Assembly: GCA_002269645.1 (NCBI GenBank)
Contig: NIVC01002359.1
Span: 62,001-126,000 of the forward strand
Origin: Macrostomum lignano
Taxonomy: Eukaryota
Reading direction: 5' to 3'
Length of the DNA: 64,000 nt
Shown piece after piece: positions 56,101 to 64,000 of this stretch (the stretch's first letter is position 1; each line of letters opens with the position of its first letter). The notes below the pieces were generated by a model. It was given only the letters and a program-made list of their open reading frames with translations, made no database searches and had not been told where the DNA came from. The translations under genes were made by a program, and so were the position numbers.

Positions 56101-58976
56101 ATTTTTACATTTTTCCCCTACCAAATGTAGCAAGCGACCGAACGAGATCTCAGTTTCATTGTACAAGCTTTTACTGCATTTAGTTGCTGACAACTTTTTA
56201 ATTGTAATCCAGTGTAAGAAATGTACTTGAACAATAAATGATCCACGCTACGCACTACCAGGCCGAGTAATCCAATAAAAAAATAAAAAATGGAGTTAAT
56301 ATTTTGTATTAAAAGCAACAGACTAGCTGTTGAAATAAAAAATTTATACCAACCGAATTTGAACGAAATGTGGGCTGGAGGCTTGGGCCTTTTCTCTCTT
56401 GCTCGCTATGAACACGCGCTGGATTTGGGTTTTTCAAGTTTTCCTGTTTTCCTGCAATCTTTAATTTTCAATAATATCTTTTTGAGCACTTTTGAGTCTG
56501 AGGCAGTCTGCAGTCAGCAAAACAGAATGAAGATGCCAATTTAATAGATCTGCTTTTAGAAATTCAGAGACTTAATCATTATCGATTCATTATCTTGTAA
56601 ATAAATGACTCTTTTTAACTTTCCCATTATATAGACGAAAACGCTAATTTTGCTACTGAAAAAGAGTAGATAAGCAAGTTTTTATAGTTTAAACATCGGC
56701 GAGTATCTGTGTCATAGGTGCCAGAGTGTGTGCCATGAATGCCAATTTGTCATGACTAACGAGTATTAGAGGTCAAAAAAGTGATGTACAGTATTTGTAG
56801 TTCATCCAGCTGTAAAATGGGTGCCAGTATTAGCTGTGGTAATTGAGTGTGTGGCGACCCCCTCCCCCCCCCCCCCCCCCCGACTTCTTGGACTGAACAG
56901 CCGTACGCAGCTTTTAATCTATTATTATTATTTTAGTCATAGGTTGAAGCTGGGAGCGATATCAAATCAAAAGTTAGCAGTCGGCTGATTCCTAGAAATG
57001 TGCATATTTATCAAGAATTACTAGCGTATGTACTTTAGAATTGCCTGCAGCTTACCATTGCCAATGTCAATAAGTACATCGTTAGCTCGCTGCGTGATGT
57101 CGCACTGTGTTTCAATTTTCTGTTCATCAGATAGTCCGTCAACTTTGTGTATGAACACTTCGAATTTAATCTTTGGATTAACCGAGTAGGCGCCGCTAAC
57201 GAGAACTTTCAGCCGATCAATAGCGTCAATGTATTCGTCTTGAGCGTCGATAACGAATACAATAGCGCCAGTGCTGGAGAAAGTGTCGTTGGCATCGAAC
57301 ACGTCGTTCATGTAGTCAATGTGGCCCGGCACGTCCCATACGGAGAACTGGATAAATGAGCAGTCGGACACCTCTGCGGGAATTTAGACAGAGTGGACTC
57401 ATATGAGACCGCTTGCTCACCTGCTACACGCAAACTCTATCTGCGACTGTCTAAAGCTCGTTCATCTGAGATCCAATTCATCTACCTAAAGGGCCAGATA
57501 GGGAATTTAGCCCTTGTCTGTGGGCCAGATGCGAGTGGAAAGGAAAGGGAATGGAAGACAAAAGATGAGAAAAGAGAGGAGAGGCAGGAAATGGTATGAG
57601 AGAAAAGATAAAAGAGGAGAGAAGAGGGGAGAGAGGGGAAAGAAAAAGAGAAGGGCGAGGGGAGAGGGGAAGAGAAGGGAGAGGGGAGAGAAGAGAGAGA
57701 GGATAAAAAGCTGAGCAGAGACACAAACCTTGAGCGGGCCGGATTGCCATTGTGAAGTTTCAAAGGACCGGAGTTCGCCGACCCTTAATTTGATACTTAG
57801 AGTTCTTTCCATTCACTCACCATCTTTCTGAATTTTGCAAGTGCTCTCGAGAAACAGCGTCTCATTGGGGCTCATCTTGTGGAACACCACTTTTTGGATA
57901 GAAGATTTGCCGCTCCGCCTCATTCCCATAACTAGAATGCGCGGCTTCTCGTCCGCGGCTGCCGACGCGCCGGCGACACCGCTACTGGACGACATGGCGC
58001 CGACACCGACTCCGTTGACGGAGGCGACACCAGCCTGCGTTGCAGTTACGAAATTTAAGTGGGAATACAACATTAATCAAGGCAAAGATTTAATATCATA
58101 AAAATAGATGATCTATTTACACAACCGAATGTGGGATCTATCTACACAACCAAATGTGGGATCTATCTACACAACCGAATGTGGGATCTATCTCTACACA
58201 ACCGAATGTGGGATCTATCTCTACACAACCGAATGTGGGATCTATCTACACAACCAAATGTGGGATCTATCTACACAACCGAATGTGGGATCTATCTCTA
58301 CACAACCGAATGTGGGATCTATCTCTACACAACCGAATGTGGGATCTATCTCTACACAACCGAATGTGGGATCTATCTACACAACCGAATGTGGGATCTA
58401 TCTACACAACGGAATGTGGGATCTATCTCTACACAACCGAATGTGGGATCTATCTACACAACCGAATGTGGGATCTATCTCTACACAACCGAATGTGGGA
58501 TCTATCTACACAACCGAATGTGGGATCTATCTCTACACAACCGAATGTGGGATCTATCTTTACACAACCGAATGTGGGATCTATCTCTACACAACCGAAT
58601 GTGGGATCTATCTCTACACAACCGAATGTGGGATCTATCTCTACACAACCGAATGTGGGATCTATCTCTACACAACCGAATGTGGGAAATGTGGAATCTA
58701 TCTACACTATCAAATGCGGGATCTATCTACACAATCGAATGTGGGTTCTAACTACACTATTAAATGCGGAATCTATTTGCAAGTTTTTCCTGCAAATTAG
58801 ATGAGATTTTCCCAGAAACGATAAAACTGTGAAAATCAGCAGTCCCCCCAGCTCACCTGATCGTACCCATACTGCACGGGGAAGCTACCAACAACGTAAC
58901 TGCCAACTGTGGCTTCCTCTTCAACAGCGGCGGCTGCCCCTAGCTGCTGCTGCTGTGGCTGTTGCGCTGCTGACAT
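43191..58976 (-). CDS. RRAGC: Ras-related GTP-binding protein RagC/D (Gtr2 orthologue), 6 exons, ~420 aa, with a 12-kb intron 3
   Basis: Exons 58857-58976, 57821-58034, 57056-57373, 44917-45053, 44643-44791, 43191-43515 (phases 0,1,1,0,2 all match; 1263 nt). Motifs [96 protein letters not shown]. Confidence 0.96.
43525..44560. repeat. Compound 24-bp and ~22-bp minisatellite, RagC intron 5
   Basis: GATGCCGCTGTTCTGAGATCTGGG then GGGATTCTGCCATTCTGGGGTG. Confidence 0.95.
45186..45246. promoter_or_regulatory. Symmetric element: inverted CCAAT arms flanking a palindromic CLEAR/E-box
   Basis: TGTAGGTTGCTATTGG-N8-AGTCACGTGACT-N9-CCAATAGCGACTTACA. Function is inferred only. Confidence 0.45.
45275..45660 (+). 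mobile_element. Possible degenerate tRNA-derived SINE
   Basis: A-box-like GAGCCCAGTGG (~45283) and B-box-like GGCTCGATTCC (~45326) at tRNA-like spacing, followed by a GC-richer unique body. The 3' end is not defined. Confidence 0.35.
46240..47018 (+). mobile_element. 5'-truncated Penelope-like element (GIY-YIG endonuclease end plus pseudo-LTR) within a (CT)n tract
   Basis: Open frame 46240-46590: [15 protein letters not shown]...[19 protein letters not shown], matching the C-terminal end of PLE GIY-YIG domains. Hammerhead motif near the 3' end; (CT)n tracts on both sides (~46170-46238 and ~47020-47125). Confidence 0.8.
46952..46989 (+). ncRNA. Minimal type I hammerhead ribozyme
   Basis: GGC-CUGACGA-A-GAGCC(CAGA)GGCUC-GAAA-CCGG-UA-GCC: intact core, 5-bp stem II, palindromic ACCGGU mini stem III, GUA cleavage triplet, GGC/GCC stem I. 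Confidence 0.85.
47938..49017 (+). CDS. Intronless orphan ORF, ~359 aa, Ser/Arg/Gln-rich and probably disordered, antisense inside RagC intron 3
   Basis: Open frame 47611-49017. GC content rises sharply at the ATG at 47938 ([11 protein letters not shown]) and falls after the stop. C-terminal CPF...YECDKC..KYH. No family recognised. Confidence 0.55.
   Translation: MSLRTRATSTTASHRSHYQAAAGRRTSFGQAPKGHHRFQSSASSDASCSDSNGSSKYLSLGHIGATRTHSQTSSPSSECSFNSRILDNGNRQWDRLIKLAVRDANSSNRQQSTRRRSRRHDSMSPQPIQPVFSPPPSPTANPYRYRRGRSAGRQHEDSISPAQRWNDNSSNQSKIYDFRPLRQQRQRRTACKPQLLQQHKHGRMMQEQQPNKIYAGNHAESNVLLNRKLNDSLRRLQSQRRSSRNLVRCNNEDRWTSFYGKDESDSSQSEQEERPLPVQKAQQWVRDRCGRDERARELEPSCDGARGCMRETRSHRETLFSCPFMALSLTTKIYECDKCATKYHSSLSGSRARMPWVQQ
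49390..49575 (+). mobile_element. Decayed non-LTR (LINE) reverse transcriptase fragment
   Basis: [47 protein letters not shown], resembling the late-RT KILGV.FD..L.F..H region, with in-frame stops. Confidence 0.65.
52911..53500 (+). pseudogene. Frameshifted ORF of unknown family
   Basis: ORFs 52975-53307 and 53228-53500 join into one protein-like frame if one A is removed from the A5 run at ~53198-53202. An upstream ATG at 52911 is in yet another frame. Confidence 0.35.
53921..54889 (-). pseudogene. Secreted fibrinogen-related protein (signal peptide + small Cys-rich PAN-like module + FBG domain) with one in-frame TAG, nested in RagC intron 3
   Basis: Exons 54581-54889 and 53921-54496 (84-nt GT-AG intron, phase 0). 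FBG motifs [64 protein letters not shown] at 54620-54622 in C-R-*-C-R. Confidence 0.8.
55450..56050. repeat. G-rich 29-30-bp minisatellite
   Basis: Unit CAGCCAGAGGATCTGGGAGGGTGGCGGG(T/G)G. Confidence 0.93.
56799..56935 (+). mobile_element. Second, shorter copy of the CORE-type SINE with (TTA)n tail
   Basis: CCAGCTGTAAAATGGG..CCAG.ATTAGCTG.GGTAATTGAG..TGTGTGGCGACCCC...TTGGACTGAACAGCCGTACGCAGC matches 228-322; ends ATTATTATTATT. Confidence 0.75.
58120..58760. repeat. 25/27-bp minisatellite, RagC intron 1
   Basis: Unit CTACACAACCGAATGTGGGATCTATCT. Confidence 0.95.
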
Positions 58977-59609
58977 AGTTCGCAATAGCAATCCAAGCTT
59001 TTTTCACATAAATAATATTCGATCGATTCAAATGTATATAATAGACCTGCCAATCTGAGTACTAACCGCAACCAACTTTGCTTAACTTAGCCTAATAAGG
59101 CCAGCAACCCAATACTGTTATTTATCATCAAAATACACAATAGCTAAGATAATACTAATGCATCATATTAAAAATAGTAAAAAATAAAATATATAAAGGT
59201 AAGCAGCTCAAATTCATAATGCGAGTAGGAATGCCAGATGCCAAAGATATATAATATATTTACTCTGGCTACATTCTTACACAGTAATTCTAAACCTAAC
59301 AAATTTAGTTACTCGCAAACTCTAAAGTTACCAAGCGTCTAACACGCAGTCTAAGTACGTACAAATAAGAACAAAATTATTCACGGGAAAAATTGAAAAA
59401 TTCAAAGCATGAGATTAACGGTTAGTGCGAATGGCTAAATTCAACACTGAATTTGATGAATAAACAGCGCAAATGAAATTTCATAATTCCAAATTAACAT
59501 GCTGACGCGATAGATTGAAAGCTGAAAAAAGGTTCCATTTTATAGCATTAATGTAGGAATGGATTAATGGAATTCTGGATGCCTCAACAGTCGCTACTGT
59601 TGGGGCACA

Positions 59610-59665
<56 letters not shown>

Positions 59666-59740
59666 TAGTGTCTGTCTGTCTGTCCGTCTGTCTTAGTATC
59701 TGTCTGCCTGTCTGTCTGTCTTAGTGTCTGTCTGTCTTAG

Positions 59741-59777
<37 letters not shown>

Positions 59778-59790
59778 TAGTGTCTGTCTA

Positions 59791-59825
<35 letters not shown>

Positions 59826-59860
59826 TAGTGTCTGTTTGTCTTTCTGTCTGTCTGTCTGTA
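59610..59860. repeat. (TCTG)n microsatellite between IVD and RagC
   Basis: Direct reading. Confidence 0.95.
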
Positions 59861-60060
59861 TTAAATAGCCAGCCGTTGGCCACTATCTTATTTTAATAGT
59901 TCCCCTTCCAGCTATATCTAAAAGACACAGACAAAAGTACACATGAAAATAATTAGCTGTACAAGTGAAAATAAAACAGACAAAAACACTACTTGGAAAC
60001 GCAGGCAAGGCGCAAATCTCAATCAAACGCAGAAAATAACACAGCATTTTAATCTACAAA

Positions 60061-62586
60061 TTAAGATTTATAAATATTGTTAATAGCCCGACCAATAACT
60101 AGGCGTCGAACCTCGGACGTGCCGGCGCCAATTTCGTACAGTTTAGCGTCGCGCAGCAGCCGGCCAGCCGGGTATTCGTTAATATAGCCGTTGCCGCCCA
60201 GGATTTGAATGGCGTCCAGGGCCGACTGAGTGGCATCTTCGGCGCATTTCAGTATCACTCCGGCGCAGTCCATAGGCTGTCGCGAGCCCTGAGATGGAGA
60301 TAATAGGTTTCGAAGGAAGTATTAGAAGGGCCGGTCTATCCGGCCCTCCGGTCCTTTGAAACTTAGCAATAGCAATCCGGCCCGCTCAAGGTTTCTGTCT
60401 CTTTTACAGATACTCGTACTAAAATAACTAAAAAAATAGTTATTCCACTAGTATCCATGGTCTCTTCTCAGGTCTCTCTTTCTCTCCTTTTCTCTTATCT
60501 CCCTTCTTCTTACCTCTCCTCTCTTTTCTCTCCCTCTCCTATCACCTCTCGTCTATCATCCCCCTCTGTACACACTGTTGTACTCTCGTGCAGCAACCCT
60601 TACTTAACTTCCCAATTTTGCGACATCTTTTACACGCTATATATCTTTGGCCATCGTGGACACTGTGGTGAGCCACCAACACCCTGCTCTGTAGACACTG
60701 CAGTGAGACGCCTACACCCCCTCTGTGGACACTGCGGTAAACCGCCTGCATCCCCTCTGTGGACACTACGTAAACCGCCTACACCCACTCTGTGGAAACT
60801 GCACTGAGCCGCCTACACCTCATCTCATCCGTAACCCCCTGATCTCCATAGGTTTTACTTGCCTATCCAAAAGGTTCTACTGTTGACAATATGTTGAGTG
60901 AAGCCCACCATACATGCGCAACCCGCCTGATTTACACTGGCCATGCGACTTACTTTTTGACCAAAAATGCGACTTACCTGTGAAAGAAACCCTAACGCAA
61001 TTTTGGGTAAACGGCAGGAGTAACTATGACTGTCTTATAAGGGCTAAATGCCTCGTCATCCAATTAGTTCTACGTCTGTATTCTTTAGGCTGGGCATTTT
61101 TGCGACTTACCCCTTGTCCACCACAATTTACGGTGGCCAGATCGGCCAGGTCGGCCAGCAGTTGCGCATGTATGAAGCCCACCAATAACTAAACTGTAAA
61201 TATATATACATATAACAGGTGTAAACACACACAGCCACTCACCTGAGCCAGAGCCCTAGCAACAGAATAAACGTAGCACCGACCACTAGTCAATCGGCAA
61301 TACATATCGGCCATTTTGCCTTGCAACAATTGAAACTGCCCAATAGACTGGCCAAACGCTTTGCGAATGTGGGCATATTGGAATGCGGTATCGCAGGCGG
61401 CCTGCATAATACCCAACGGCCCGGCAGACAATAGCAGCCGTTCAATGTCCAGGCCGGACATCAGCACGTACACGCCACCGTCTAGGCGGCCCATGACCCG
61501 ATCAGCCGGCACTCGAACTCCGTCGAATACCAATTCGCCCGTGTTGCTACCCCGCATGCCAAGTTTGTCCAGCTTGCGAGAACAACTGAAACCGGGCGAG
61601 TCTCGCTCTACTAGAAATGTTGTAATACCGTGCGCCCCAGCCTCCGGTTTAGTCTTGGCGTACACCACTATTACATCCGCGTCTGGACCGTTGGTGATCC
61701 AAAATTTGCTGCCATTCAGCACGTAGGAGCCGTCAGACTGACAAAGAGAGATATTTTCGAAAAAATCATCACTGAAGATACCTTTTAGTCTGAATATTTA
61801 ACTCTTGTTGCTGAGTAGCCCTTGCCTAATACTGGCTTCAAGACTCTTTGCTGAGTAGCCCTTGCCTAATACTGGCTTGAAGACTCTTTGCTGAGTAGCC
61901 CTTGCCTAATACTGGCTTCAAGACTCTTGTTGCTGAGTAGCCCTTGCCTAATACTGGCTTCAAGACTCTTGTTGCTGAGTAGCCCTTGCCTAATACTGGC
62001 TTCAAGACTCTTTGCTGAGTAGCCCTTACCTAATACTGGCTTCAAGACTCTTGTTGCTGAGTAGCCCTTGCCTAATACTGGCTTCAAGACTCTTTGCTGA
62101 GTAGCCCTTGCCTAATACTGGCTTCAAGACTCTTGTTGCTGAGTAGCCCTCGCCTAATACTGGCTTCAAGACTCTTTGCTGAGTAGCCACTGCCTAATAC
62201 TGGCTTCAAGACTCTTTGCTGATATATCGTGTGGATTCATTACTTTATCTTTTTTTTAAACTTTATAAACCCCAATAAACGGAAATTCCCCAGAGTAAAT
62301 AAAGTTAGTATCGCCATTATTACCTGCTTGTCGGCGCGCATAGTCATCGACACAACGTCGGACCCGGCATTTGGTTCCGACATTGCTAGCGCGCCAATCC
62401 ATTCGCCGCTAATTAATTTCGGCAGGTAACGGCTCTTCTGCTCGTCGGTGCCGTGTCGGACAATCTGATTGACGCACAGGTTCGAATGGGCTCCGTAGCT
62501 TAGGGCCACTGCGGCGCAGGCCCGGGACATCTCCTCCATTACGATGGCGTGATCCAGGTAGGAGGCGCCCAGGCCACCGTACTCCG
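60061..62586 (-). CDS. IVD: Isovaleryl-CoA dehydrogenase, last three exons (5' part lies beyond the window)
   Basis: Exons 62324-62586, 61243-61737, 60061-60288. Motifs [114 protein letters not shown]. Confidence 0.96.
61805..62222. repeat. 39/42-bp minisatellite, IVD intron
   Basis: Unit CTCTT(GTT)GCTGAGTAGCCCTTGCCTAATACTGGCTTCAAGA. Confidence 0.95.
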
Positions 62587-62614
62587 CTGGGGAAATTCCA
62601 TGGTAAAGGTGGTG

Positions 62615-64000
62615 ATTCTTTATGAGAGGGTAGGGATTCTTGATGGGAGGGTAGGGATTCTTGATGGGAGGGTAGGGATTATTGATGGGAGGGTAGGGAT
62701 TCTTGAAGGGATAGTAGGGATTCTTGATGAGAGAGTAGGGATTCTTGATGGGAGGGTAGGGATTCTTGATGAGAGGGTAGGGATTCTTGATTGGAGGGTA
62801 GGGATTCTTGATTGGAGGGTAGGGATTCTTGATGAGAGGGTAGGGATTCTTGAAGGGATAGTAGGGATTCTTGATGAGAGAGTAGGGATTCTTGATGGGA
62901 GGGTAGGGATTCTTGATGGGAGGGTAGGGATTCTTGATTGGAGGGTAGGGATTCTTGATTGGAGGGTAGGGATTCTTGATGAGAGGGTAGGGATTCTTGA
63001 TTGGAGGATAGGGATTCTTGATTGGAGGATAGGGATTCTTGATGGGAGGGTAGGTATTCTTGAAGGGTCAGTAGGGATTCTTGATGAGAGAGTAGGGATT
63101 CTTGATGGGAGGGTAGGGATTCTTGATGGGAGGGTAGGGATTCTTGATTGGAGGGTAGGGATTCTTGATGAGAGGGTAGGGATTCTTGATTGGAGGATAG
63201 GGATTCTTGATTGGAGGATAGGGATTCTTGATTGGAGGGTAGGGATTCTTGATGAGAGGGTAGGGATTCTTGATTGGAGGATAGGGATTCTTGATTGGAG
63301 GATAGGGATTCTTGATGGGAGGGTAGGTATTCTTGAAGGGTCAGTAGGGATTCTTGATGAGAGAGTAGGGATTCTTGACGGGAGGGTAGGGATTCTTGAT
63401 GGGAGGGTAGGGATTCTTGATTGGAGGGTAGGGATTCTTGATGAGAGGGTAGGGATTCTTGATTGGAGGATAGGGATTCTTGATTGGAGGATAGGGATTC
63501 TTGATGAGAGGGTAGGGATTCTTGATTGGAAGGTAGGGATTTTTAATTGGAAGGTAGGGATTCTTGATTGGAGGGTAGGGATTTTTAATTGGAAGGTAGG
63601 GATTCTTGATTGGAGGGTAGGGATTCTTAATGGGAGGGTAGGGATTCTTGATGAGAGGGTAGGGATTCTTGATTGGAGGATAGGGATTCTTGATGAGAGG
63701 GTAGGGATTCTTGATTGGAAGGTAGGGATTCTTGATTGGAAGGTAGGGATTTTTAATTGGAAGGTAGGATTCTTGATTGGAGGGTAGGTATTCTTGATGG
63801 GAGGGTAGGGATTCTTGATTGGAAGGTTAGGGATTCTTGATTGGAGGTAGGGATTCTTGATGGGAGGTAAGGATTCTTGATGGGAGGGTAGGGATCTTTG
63901 ATGGGAGGGTAAGGATCTTTGATGGGAGGGTAGGGATCTTTGATGGGAGGGTAGGGATCTTTGATGGGAGGGTAAGGATCTTTTATGGGAGGGTAAGGAT
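62615..64000. repeat. 21-bp minisatellite, IVD intron (runs off the window)
   Basis: Unit GGGATTCTTGATGGGAGGGTA. Confidence 0.97.

Noticed and set aside
23518-63787. Other long low-complexity ORFs (e.g. 23518-25185, 33467-34321, 35788-36552, 39926-41593, 42208-42882, 58108-58800, 62549-63787)
   Set aside because: All coincide with intronic or intergenic minisatellites.

Overview
Eukaryotic (metazoan) genomic DNA, not prokaryotic. GC-rich exons, poly-Ala/Gln tracts and introns filled with minisatellites are consistent with a macrostomid flatworm such as Macrostomum, but that identification is inference only. Five spliced genes lie on the minus strand and were reconstructed by hand with phase-consistent GT-AG junctions: Pitx (1158-7810), a membrane-anchored laccase-type multicopper oxidase (23369-31907), TMX3 (34150-38958), RagC/D (43191-58976) and the 3' part of isovaleryl-CoA dehydrogenase (60061-62586, continuing beyond the window). 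About 40 different tandem arrays fill the introns and spacers and produce most of the long ORFs in the supplied track, which are artefacts. The 12-kb third intron of RagC is a distinct, array-poor island. It holds a symmetric CCAAT-CLEAR-CCAAT element, a Penelope-like retroelement end with a minimal hammerhead ribozyme sitting inside a (CT)n tract, an antisense orphan ORF, LINE/SINE remnants and a nested secreted fibrinogen-related gene interrupted by one in-frame TAG.
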